From: Rhina ancylostomus
Taxonomy: Eukaryota
Direction: 5' to 3'
Assembly (NCBI GenBank): GCA_030265395.1
Contig: JARFYF010000112.1
Span: forward strand, 20,384,368-20,448,367
Length of the DNA stretch: 64,000 bases
The notes under the pieces were generated by a model, which made no database searches, was not told the DNA's origin, and saw nothing but the letters and a program-made list of their open reading frames with translations. Below, in pieces: positions 1 through 12,500 of the stretch (position 1 is the stretch's first letter; each line of letters begins with the position of its first letter). The position numbers were made by a program, and so were the translations under genes.

Positions 1-299
1 GGGACCCAAACAGTCCTTCCAATGCAAGCAGTAATTCAGCTGCATTCAGTGAGCTCAATATGGATTTGATAAATTGGAAAAATCAAACCCAGATTGGGTG
101 ACCACTTGGCAGAACTTCTGCATTCTGTCAATTGCTAATCACTTTGATTCTCCATCCCATTCCCGTTCTGACTTTTCAGTCTTTGGCCTCCTACACTGTT
201 CCATTGAGGCTAATGTAAGCTTGAGGAATGGCACCAAATCATAGCATCTGGGCATCTTGCTGTCCTTGGAACTCAGTACTGAGTTCAGCAATTTCAGGT
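1..299 (+). mobile_element. Penelope-like retroelement 3' fragment (decayed GIY-YIG endonuclease C-terminus)
   Basis: The degenerate translation follows the pattern IGxxKxRLGDHLAExLxSV...ANHFDSPSHSRSDFSVFGLLHCS...KLEE...LG...GLxTEFSNFR. Confidence 0.7.
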
Positions 300-482
300 G
301 ATGTTACTGGATTACTGTACAGAGCTTCTGGAGGAGAAATTCTTTTGTCACGAGCAAGTGTATCAGCAACCAGTTGTACTCACCTCCATATTTTTTCTAT
401 TTAGTAGAATTGTATGATTCTGAGATTAAGGTGTGAAGTAAGTTTGAGTAATGGTGAATGTATTCATTTCTTCTCCATACAG

Positions 483-558
483 AAATGTTTTGCTGAAGAT
501 GTCAATGATTGGAGTTCTATGTTACTATTGGTTGGTGACAGTAGCAGATACAGTGGAG
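483..558 (+). CDS. TMC5: TMC5 exon (NVLLKMSMIGVLCYYWLVTVADTVE)
   Basis: Acceptor ccatacag, donor GAG|gtatgt; 76 nt, phase 2 to 0; resembles TMC5 RNIFLKISIIGILCYYW. Confidence 0.9.
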
Positions 559-3500
559 GTATGTTTTGTAGTATATTTTCTACAATTTGTCATTCTAACT
601 ACAATCCATTCATAACTAAACTGTCTATAAATATCTGATATTTAAAGATTACCTGTCAAAATTTTATTTCAAATGTGACATTTGTTTAATTGACAGTGTT
701 GGGAAACATTCGTAGGTCAAGATCTCTATCGACTTGTAGTGACTGATTTTATCTTCTCCTTATTCAGTTCCTTCTTCGGGGAATTCATTCGAAGGTATGC
801 CTTGAGCTTTGACAAGTGTGTTGTGCTTAAAATTTTAACAGGTGCAAACCTGTAATTAAATGAAATGTTAAACAATTATTGCTTTTAAAGGTGGATAAAG
901 TCCAGTACTGTTTTTCCTTGCCTATCTGCCCACTTAACCCCTTCCCTTCTCAACCACCCCCCTCGGCCTAGTACCCTCAGGAACGATTCACACTGTCCAT
1001 GTGAGCAGAGTTATACAATTATGCATAAATGGAGCAATAAAATTATTCATCATCCCCTCTCCATCTAGTTCCATTTATCACCTATTGGTCTCTATCCCAA
1101 CCCCTGAGTCTCAGTTCATTAAGAAACATCATCCAGGCACTTACAATTTATACTGGAATAAGCCATTACAATTGACGATAAGCATTAATTACAATGACAA
1201 TAGTTGATGGCAATAAGCAATTGACATTTATAATGGTAATTTTTGAAATTACCTGGAATGACACAGCAATCAATGTTTTTAATGGAATATCAACAACTTA
1301 ACTCTTTCTAAAATTGTTTCAGTGTCATGGGGACACATTGCTGCCCAAAACTTGGAATACCAGAATTTGATATTGCAAGGAATGTATTAGCATTGATCTA
1401 TGCACAAACACTTGGGTGGTGAGTAGATATAGATGAGATACTTTTTAAAAATAATCCATAGATTTACACACATTCAGTACTCTGTATTTACCAATGTACT
1501 TTGTTTATTTTTCTTAGGATTGGACTTTTCTTTGCACCGCTTTTACCAGCAATACAGATCATTAAGCTCTTCATTACATTTCATGTTAAAAAGGTATGGT
1601 AAATAGTTAATTATTACAATTTAACTTTTTGGAACAATGGCTACAGTAAAAATTGCAGTCTGAATTTTAATTTCGTAATATGCAGGGAGTAGGAGGTAAT
1701 GCAGAGAGCCTGCAAAGGCTTTTTTAACCCAACCCATTGTGTTGTAGTTCCACTTCCAACATCCCAGCCAGTCAGTGTGAGTGTGAATGATGATGATCTA
1801 CATAAGTGGATTCCAATTCCAGTATTGAACAGAACTGCACAAACAGGTTTTTTTGTGCATTTTGGAGTTGAGAACTCAACAGTAGAAATTGGTGGCTAAA
1901 AGTGCAGCCTTTAAAAGGCTACTCCTAGTTTTGGTAATGCTGCTTGGATGTGATGCTAAGGCCTAGAGGGTTTGTAAGGAGATGCTTGTCCTTGCTCATG
2001 GGAGGAAGAAGCTCATCAATGAAGTAAAGAAGACTTGGTGAGAGTTGTCCATGAGATTAGTGGACGAAGTGTGATGCCACACTCATGGCTTTGTTCCTGC
2101 TGTCAATTTGTAATAGACTTTTAATCAGTCTATACAGGAGCTAGGAGCACAGAATAGGAGGGAAAGGCAGAAAATAGGATATGATCCTCCAACCATTTTC
2201 ATTCAATAGTTGCTGGCACTGGATATTAAGAGTTTTCCAGTCACTATAGCTGGTGACAGAATTAAATAGCATCAACCAACATGATACACAATTCTCATTC
2301 TGTTGATTTAATGCCAAAGGTAAATGAAATATAATTTATGAACAGGATTATCTTGTTATGATCCATATCTATAATCTTCAACTCTCCTTTTGAGGATAGT
2401 CTAGTCTGTCAACCTCTTCGGAGGAAATTACTTTCTCATTGTTTATTGTATAGGTGACACAATTGTTTGGATACTTCCACTTTGAGAGAAACAATAAAAC
2501 AATTAGATGGGTCTTACCAAGTAATGCTCACGTCACAAGTGAGTAAGAGCATATTATGGGGATTGGACAGCTGTGGCGAATATGTTCAATTATTGTTCAA
2601 CTATCTTCTCCTTGTATTCAAAAAAAGGGAGATATAGCAGTAAACAAGAGTTCAAATTAGCTTAACATCTGTCGCTGGGAAAATGTTAGAAACTATTATT
2701 AAAACTTCATAGGAGGACAGGCAAAGCCAAATGGTTTGGTTGGAGGGGAATTCAGTTGCAAATAAGTTGCTACATTAAATATTATTGAGGAAAATAAAAG
2801 GTCGAGGTATGGGACGTAGCACATTGGCATGCATAAACCATTGGCTGGCTACTGGAAATTAAAACATGCACAAATGGGTCTACTTCTGGATGTCAAGATG
2901 CAAAGAGTGACCTGTCAGAGAGAGAGTGCTGGGGCCTTAACAAGATTGTAAACGATCTTGATGAGGGAACCACAGGTATGATTGCTAAATATGCGAATGA
3001 CATAAAGATGGGTAGGAAAGTAAGTTGCAAAGAGGACATAAGGAGGCTACGATGGGAACAGAGTTAAGTGAATGGGCAAAGTCTGGCAAATAGAGAATAA
3101 TATGGGAAAATGTAGAATTGTCCATTTTGGCATGAGAATTGAACAAAAAATCGTGTATTATTTAAATAGTGAGAGATTGTAGAGCTCTGAGATACCAAGT
3201 GATCAGGTTGTCCTAACACATGCAAAGTCTGTTGTGCAGGCACAGCAGGAAATTAGAAAAGCTAACTGAACTTCAGTGTTTTTTTGCAGGGAGAATTGAC
3301 TATGAAAATAGGAAATCTGAGGAAAGATCTTTGGCCTGAAACATTAACTTATTCTTTTTCTGTTGATGCTGCCTGACCTGTTGATTTTTTCTAGTAAATT
3401 CTGTTTTCATTTTATGAAAATATTGAGATTATGCTTGGTTATATTGGGTATTGGTAAGGCCTCATTTGAAGTACTTTATACAGTGCTGATCTTTAAGCAA

Positions 3501-6500
3501 GGATATTAATACATTAAAAGCAGGTCTGAGAAGGTTTATGAGACTAATTTCTGAAACAGCTGGTTATCATATGAGGAGAGGTTGGACAGGCTAGGCTTGT
3601 ATGTGGAGGTTAGAAGACTGAAAGGGGACTTGATTGAAACATTAGATCCTGAAGGTTCTAACATACAGAGGATATTTCTTTTCAGGAAGAATCTAGACCT
3701 ATGGGCCACTGGTTAAATAAATAATGTCCCTGCTAGATTATTCTAGTTGCATCAATAGTAAGGAATGCCCTGAAACAGAACGATATGCATGGCATTAAAC
3801 CAGATGTCGTTATCCATCAGAGGGATGGAGAGAGCTTTCAATGAACAGTATTAGATTTTTCTCCACCTTTATTTGGTAACCACAAAAAAAAACAGTAAGT
3901 CATTTTTATTCTTCCTAAGATTTTAGTTTCATTTGGTCGTCATTTAAGGCAGATGAAGCAAATGTCAGGAGTCTTCTAGGAAGTAGTCTTTGAGACAGAG
4001 GCAAATGAATAGTTGGTAATTAGGGGACTGAAAGGTTACCATGTCTGGATAGGAATGTGGAGTTAAGGTTACGGTGAATAAATGGCAGAGCAGGNNNNNN
4101 NNNNAAGAGTTTGAATGGCTCTATGCTGTGTTCTGCTTCTAAAATTTGTTTCCATTGACTTCAAGTGACTAAATTTAAGAAACACTAAGCAACACACAAC
4201 CAGGATTATGTTGCACCTTAATGCAAGAGACCAAAGATGAATTTCTACTCCCGAGTGTGTCAATAGACATCGATGGCTACAGTATCTGAGAGATTACTAG
4301 AATGTTCATTCCTAAAATCAATTTTGCATAATCCTGTTTGACACACAAATATTCTCAGCTGTACATGTTGTCTTGAAATTGTGNNNNNNNNNNNNNNNNN
4401 NNNNNNNNNNNNNNNNNNNNNNNNNNNNNNNNNNNNNNNNNNNNNNNNNNNNNNNNNNNNNNNNNNNNNNNNNNNNNNNNNNNTGAAGGTGTTTACATTT
4501 TCTTCTTATTCTAAGATATAGAAATGCCGAGTTGTTGCTAAATGGATGTTAAATGTGTGGTATTAATCATTATTAAAGCTAGCATACATCATATTTTATT
4601 GCCTGTGTTAACATCTGCACTTCTTATTAAATGTAACATATCCTTGTGTATTAACAATAGTTTGGAAATAACATGACTACATCCATAAAGAATGTTTACT
4701 ACTGTTTTGAAGAGAAATAGTTGAATAATAGATATGACTTTGTGTTCAGGTTAGCCTAATGATGAATTGTCAACCACCTCGGATGGCTTGGCGAGCTTCC
4801 CACATGACAACAATCTTCATTTTCCTGTTGTTCTTTCCTGCCTTTATTGGGGTTCTTTGCCTGATAGGTGTAACTGTGTGGAGGTAGGTTGCATTTTTTT
4901 TACCTAATGTAGCAGGATTAGCATTATTAATGTACTTTCTGGAGGTTTGCTGCACACTTTAATTAATTAATTATGTGCATATAAAGAGAAGGAAAGGTCT
5001 AGTAGGAATACTCCTTTTTTCTGATATCATGCATTTCTACAGTGGACAAATACAGTATGCTTGGCTTAACAAGAAACAATTTTCTTGTCAATATTAAAAG
5101 TTTCAAGCACAGTCCATGTCCTTGCTACATTATTCCAATTACGTCATTAATAAGAAATGCCCTGAAAGAGAATGATGTGCGCAGCATTAAATCAGACGTC
5201 ATTATTTATCAGAGGGATGAGGAGAATGCTTTCAATGAACAGTATTAGATTTTTCTTCTCTTTAATAGGTAACCACTAAATTGGCAGTGAGTCCCTTTTA
5301 TTCTTCCTAAGATTTTAATTAAATTTGATCCTCGCTCCTTTTCATTGAACTTGCTTTAAATGAACGGAGGAGGAAAAGTGGCAACTAAAATAGCAAAGCC
5401 CAGAATTTCCTTGGGAAAGTAAAATGAAATTGATTGACAAAAGAACAAAAAGTGACATGAGGGAAGTTTTCTTCTGCAGTGAGTAGTTGTGGTTATGGTC
5501 TGGACCGTACTGCAAGGTTGGTGGTGGGGGCAACTTAATTGTAACATTGAAAAGATAGCTGGACAAGTATCTGAAAGGGAACAAAAATTGCAGAGCTATA
5601 GGGAGAGAGTGGGAGAATGATACTCATTGGATTGCTGTTATATAGAGCCAGTCCACACTTTTATGTTTTATGATTAATGGATTGGTTGGATCAAATGCTC
5701 TGTTTTTGCCCCATGTATCCTCAGTAATTCTATGTAACTCAGTTTATATTTTAACTTTCCAGCATTTACATTTTGTTTTTTTAAATTTTCTTCCAATAAA
5801 AGTAATTATTGAATCCATAATGACTACATCGCCTCTTCAAATGTAGTATGCACCATTAAATGTAATTCTGGTACAGTTATAGCACTTAAAAACATATTCT
5901 ACCAAGAGTCAAACTATTTATTATGATGGATTTACAGATTATTAAGGCAGCAAGACCTGAGTATTTGAGAATAAGGAGTCAGTGATAATTTTAATGTGAT
6001 ACACAAAAATTAGAAAATCACAGTTAGCTAGTGTAAAAAGTATCTGTGGCAAAATTGTTTTGTATCTGCTGTGCAAATGCAGCAACAGCACCTCCTGAAG
6101 ACAAGTCAGTTGTGTCCATACAGCAAAATACTGTCTTTGTGATGCCAACTGCTTCCCCAATTCAGACAGATGTTTTTGGATATTGAGTTTAACTGCACAT
6201 TAGCCTGAAATTTCATTTGCATTTCAGTAATGGAAAGCACCATGAGCCTCAATATTTTGACAGCAAATTATGGCCCATTTGATTTATCTTATTATTGCAT
6301 ATTATGGCCAAGTTGATGATGTTTCTCTTCATGATACTTAAGTGTTGAAAACTAACATAAGTGTTTGAGATAATTAAGAAGTAATCAAGTTCCTATGTAA
6401 TAAACATAATTATATTGTTATTTTCTACCTGCAGGTGATATGTTAAAATACAGATTAAATCAGAAGAAGTACTTTGAAGAAGTCCTTGATATGCATTATG

Positions 6501-9500
6501 CCCAAAGTGGGTATTCTATCACAGTGTATTATCATTTCTGTATTTGCTGTATTGCTAATTATATATTTTGAAATCTTTTCAGATTGAGGCCTTCTGAATT
6601 CTGTGGACCCTTCAGAGGATTAAGTGTCCCCTATAGTTCCATTTCTAGATTTATTCATGGGAAGATTTATGAACTGGAGGTGCTTACATGGATCTATGAC
6701 AACTTGCTTGTGAACCCACTGTTCTTCTTCATCTTAACAATTATTGTGTTGTAAGTATGAGGCACATATCCAATGATAAAATAACTCAGTGGTAAATTTT
6801 CTATTGTATGTCCATAAGATTTGCAGCTGTCAAAAGGTGAATTTGATATTGCTAATTGATATAAAATAATCAATGCAAATTATTGGATTGAAAATCAAAC
6901 AATTACAGATGCACCATAGAAAGCATCCTATCTGGATACATCACAGCTTGGTCTGGCAACTGCTCTGCTCAGGACTGCAAGAACTAGCAGAGAGTTGTGA
7001 ATGCAGACCAGTCCATCACACAAACCAGGCCCCCTTCATCTACACTTCCCACTGCCTTGGGAAAGCAGCCAACACAATNNNNNNNNNNNNNNNNNNNNNN
7101 NNNNNNNNNNNNNNNNNNNNNNNNNNNNNNNNNNNNNNNNNNNNNNNNNNNNNNNNNNNNNNNNNNNNNNNNNNNNNNNNNNNNNNNNNNNNNNNNNNNN
7201 NNNNNNNNNNNNNNNNNNNNNNNNNNNNNNNNNNNNNNNNNNNNNNNNNNNNNNNNNNNNNNNNNNNNNNNNNNNNNCTTGAGAGTGTGTGCCATCAGGC
7301 TCAAGGAGAGCCTCTGTAACTGCAGTACTATATTCTGCGGTCTCTTTTTCTTTTTACTACCTTGATGTACTTATGAAATGATCTGTCTTGCTGGCACACA
7401 AACAAAAGCTTTCCACTGTATCTCAGAGCATGGGACAATAATAAACCAATACAGATACTGAAAATCTGATTATAATAAATAAAAACGGAGATTTCTAGAA
7501 ACATTGAACAGGTCAGGCAGCACCTGTGGAAGGAAACAAAGTTAATGTTTCAAACTGAAGATCAGATGTTTTAACCAAGATTCTGATGTTCTGACATTTT
7601 ATCCAAGATTATTTAGTTATCTCAATGCAAAGTGACTGTAAACCACGTCCACCAAGCTGTCACAGATTATTACCAAGATATTCCTGCACTGAGTGACTGC
7701 TTACATTCGGTGATTTCAACCACCATCTAACTCTATCCCTTTACCAACTGGTTCAAGTCCTCTAGTGCCAGTGTGCTGTGAGTTTGCTTGTCCAATATCC
7801 AGTTTTAGATGACATGAAATGAACTCCAGTTAAAAGTGGGAGAGAGCAAAGTCTTGGTTCTTCTCCCACTAGAAATTCCATCCTGTTGCTACCAATTACA
7901 TCTTTCTCCACAGGCATTATATCAGGCTGACCCAAGCAGCTCACAAATACAAGTTAGGCTTTAAATTCCATATCCTCTTCATCACAAGAACATCCTCCTG
8001 TTACCACTTTGAATTATCTCTGCCACCATCTCACCTATGTCACCCATATCCTTGTCACCCTTCACTTAAAGTTACCAAAGCTCTCCTGTCTGGAGTTGCA
8101 TCTTTCACCCTCTATAAACTTCAGCATGTACTGCCCATATCCTGTTCCATTTCATTCATTGTTCCTGTCATCACTGATCTTCATTGGCTCCCAGTCCCCG
8201 ATACTTGAGATTTAAAATTCTTATCTTGTTTTTAAATCTTGTTGAGCCTTTGCTTATTTATGTAACTTTGTCCAGTTTTACAATTTTTTCAATTGTTCTG
8301 CAATCCTCCAACCTTCCTCAGTTTACCATTGGTGTATGTGCCTTTAATCAATAGGCCCTAATCATTTCAGTTCCCATTTCCAAAACTTTGTCTTGCTGAC
8401 TTTTCCTTTATGACTTTCTTAAAAGCCTACCTTGTATTAATTTTCACATTGCTTGTCTTCCCAACAATTTGCACATTACTGCAAAGCATCCTGACGTGTT
8501 TCCTTCTTAACAATCACCGTAAGCTGCTATGGTTCAGTTTCATGGGGATGGGATGTTTAGTGCCTTCATAATGTGGAAATAGACATCTTTCATAATGAAA
8601 ATGACATGCATTTCAAGTGTCTGCTCTGAATCTCAAATTACAGAGGTTCTATTAGGTTCAGCCTGACTGAAAACATGAAGAAGGAAATAAATTCATTATT
8701 GGGCAGTGGAGATTTTGGTCATTCGAGACAGTCTTTTAAGATTTTCAAAGATTTCTTTATTAGTCACATGTACATCGAAACACGTGGTGAAATGCATCTT
8801 TGTGTAGAACGTTCTGGGGGCAACTTACAAGTGTTGCCATGCTTCCGGTGCCATCATAGCATGCCCACAACCCCTAACCCTTGTGTCTTTGGAATGTGGG
8901 TGGGAACTGGAGCACCCGGAGGAAACCCACGCAGTCACAGGAAGAACGTACAAGCTCCTTAAAGACAATGGCCTGAACTGAACCTGGGTCGCTGGTGCTG
9001 TAATAGCATTGCACTAATTGATACACTACCAATACCATCTTATTTTACTCATGCCAATGTTAAATTGGAAAAAGTGTGCTGAATCTTTAATGTTGTTTAA
9101 AAAGCCATCAAACACCATGTTGCTTGATTAGGGGCAAATGAGGTGATGGAAGTACAGAATTCTAGGTTGTCTTTTATATATGAAGCTGACCAGGTCCTTC
9201 CAAGGATGTAACTGAAGGGCAGCATGTAGAAAAGATTAGGAGAAGGTCAGGAAAGAAACTGAAGCATTAAGGAAATGATTCGTAAGGGTAGGGGTAGAAC
9301 CCATTACTGGAGGAGTACAAGTTAGTTTGAGACAAATATTGATGGACCAGCTGTGGGCAGTGATCTAAAGGTTGAGGTGGATTCTGAAAGATATGTGGTC
9401 AAAGAGGTTTGTACAGTCCACCATGCAGTATATTGTTCTGAATGTTTAGGAGTCAAAGACACAATGCCATACTTCTATCGCAAAGCATATTGTTGATTAC

Positions 9501-12500
9501 TTTGATGACAGCTTTGGTACAACAGTCAGAGAGGAAAGTGATCTTGAGATTCGAGTTTGGAAAGGGAGTCATAAATGTAAATAATAATGACAAGTTAAAG
9601 GGCCTTTTAATAGAATGAATGATTAGAGTTAGACCATTTGTATGGCTAACAATGGCCTTTCAAGTTAGGATTTTTTTTAAGGACTGAAAAAAGAGGCCAT
9701 TGAACATATTTTCAGTTTTTTAAACTAAGTAAAAAATGTGCTTTTCATGTGATGCAGTGCATTTGGAATACAAATTAGATGGATGTTGACTGCTTTATTG
9801 TGTATTCATAATGTGCATTATCACATCCTATACCTCAGCATAAAATTTCACCCATATATGTACATGTTCAGATATTGGTCTCAGGCCTGTACATTGCAAT
9901 ACAAATTAAACTTGCACATCCTTTTGCACTCTGCCTAGTAGTAAAGGAACGGTCTCCTTTGTACTTGCGCACATGCACAAAGCTGGTTTTGTTCATCAAT
10001 TTAAATCATAAAATTAGATGGTTGTGAATATTTCCACTGAAAACATTGAAAGTAATATTTTCAAAATAACCACAACTAGCAAAGCACCCAAATGATCCAG
10101 CTTGTTTTCTGGAGGTAATTAAGTTTTTGATTTGATTGTATTTGGTATTCAGATTATGTCTTGACTTTGAACACTTTCATTATTGCATGGCTGCACCTCT
10201 GAATTAACAAGATATTTATGCCAAAGGATTGATAATATGGTGCCAAATTACACACAACTCTCATCCAATTAATTAGAGCCTTTTATACTATACCACGGCG
10301 TTTGTGGTTCTAGACATGAACCAACTACATATGTATCATAAAACAAATAAATTCAAGTAACATTGCTAATAATACCCTTTTTCATTTTCTCAAGTGCTAT
10401 TATCTACCTGTATTGGCAAATTATAGATGGGCGTAAAATGATGGCAAAACTCTTACAAGAGCACATAATTAATGTAAGTTTGAGACTTTATTGTATTCCT
10501 TTTAAAGTATTTTTACTTTTCTGCAACATAATTTTTAATTAACGTTTTTCACTATTTTCATTAATTTGAGAATCTGTGTCTGACAAGACCCTAAACTGTG
10601 ATTTTTATCCCTGATCTTCTCTCCTGAAAGCATTGGATGCCTGCTGATTCAGTGATGTTGGTTTCCCTCCTGTGTTCTACCCAATTGGCCATTATTCACA
10701 TATAAGCTTTGACAATGAATAATAGCATCTATACAACAGCAAAGGCCATAACAGACGAGTCAATGTGCCTGCCTGCTCCAAAATTAGCACATATAAACTT
10801 CCAGCAATGGTCATCAGATTGGTTACAGAGTGGATTCCTGACAGATACACCTTCACACATCATAAGGACCCAATATTACTTTTGTTAAACCATTCTAATT
10901 TAATTCAAATGCTGACTACAGATCAAATCTTAGGACCTTCCTGATTCAATTATTTTCTACTGAAATGCAAAAATTATTATGTTTTGAATAAGTTTCTTTC
11001 CCTGTAGATTGTTATTGGGGTTTGTATTAATTGATTCTTTCTTATTTGATGTTGCTTCTTTCATTAATTTATTTGCAACTTCTACATACAAAATCCATGA
11101 TTGTAATGAAATACATTGAGAATACTGATTAGTTATGGTGTATAAAAATAGCAAAATATACATTTAAATTGATATGATAGATAACAAATTTCTAATGCTC
11201 AAGTCAATCCCTTTTCAGTTTGCCATGCATTGAAAGTGCTGAGTGGGGTCATGTGGGAAAGTATTCAGACATGTTTTCTTGCCTATTCCCTATTATACCC
11301 TTCCTGCTTGTTTGGTATCCACCACAATGAAGGATAATAAATACCACAGAGAAATGAAACATAGATCATCAAATATCTTCAAGCTGTAAGGGAATGATTA
11401 TTCCTCAGCAGATTTGCAACATTTTATCCAAAAGCTAATTGCATATGAAGGAAAGATGTGTTTGAAATTCATTGGATGAAATTGAAGTGGCTCTGGTCCC
11501 ATTGATGCTGGTTGAGACTTTTTTTCTCCCCACTAATTCTGCCTTGCCTACTGAATCCTTCTAGCATTTTCTGCTTTTGTTTTAGATTTCCAGCATCTTC
11601 AGTTTTTTGCTCCAACTAGTAACTCTGTGCGCTGCTGAAACATGATGTGTTGGTTGGTTAACCTTACAAAGGTATTTTTCCTGTTAGGAAGGAAAAGACA
11701 AAACATATTTGCTACAAAAACTCACTGCCTTGAAGATGAGGGAAGTTTCTGATGAGGTGATTAATACAATAAAATTCAGAAAGGAGGTAAGCCACAATCT
11801 TAAATGTTGGGAATTTGACTGACCCATCAAAATTGGGATTGAAGTAGCACAAATGAAATATAATATTATCTGAAACCATTTACCACTGAAAGATAAATTC
11901 ATCTCTGGTNNNNNNNNNNNNNNNNNNNNNNNNNNNNNNNTCATTAGTGGCAATTATGCATTTATGGACAATCATGCTAGGTGCAGTTCTTTGCTCACTT
12001 TCTGTTCATTCTATAGCAGGAGAAAAATCATTGTAATAAAGTGCTAATGATTTTCACACCTTTGTTTTGCTTCTTCCCCACATGAATGTGTTATAAAATG
12101 GTTTAAAATATAAATGTTGTATTAAATGTCGCTTTCAATTTGTCTTTTGCACTCCTGGTAGTGCTGCAATTTTTTTTATCCTGTGAAATTTGAACTGAAA
12201 GTTATGATTTTGGAGCAGATGCAACAAGACTGGTGCATGACCAGAGTTACACTTTTTAGCTTTTAGGCTGGATGTATCTTCCAATGTAACTTCAACTTAC
12301 ACTCCTGTCAGTGGTCGTCAAATTCCCATTCCTTGGAATATGTTTTTTGTTAACCTAATATTGCAAGTAAATGGCATGGACCTTTCTGTTAAATGGCTGA
12401 ATGTTTGTTGCTGGCAAGTCTTTCACACGTTGGGGATTGCTACTGAAGGATCCTATGGCAGGTTGGACCTGTGGCAGCATCAGCAAATCCATTCATTTTA

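Noticed and set aside
1381-1410. NVLALIY instead of the NVLELIY I recall for mammalian TMC5
   Set aside because: Ala at this position occurs in other TMC paralogues (e.g. TMC1 NVLALIF), so it is within family variation
6435-6511. Exon-like segment (ctacctgcag ... gg|gtattc) just before the 6583 exon
   Set aside because: It gives an immediate stop in the required phase 2, and the TMC5 protein is continuous without it
8960-9031. tRNA-like A/B boxes (also near 25170-25240 and 22972-23035)
   Set aside because: These are heads of tRNA-derived SINEs and do not form a complete cloverleaf
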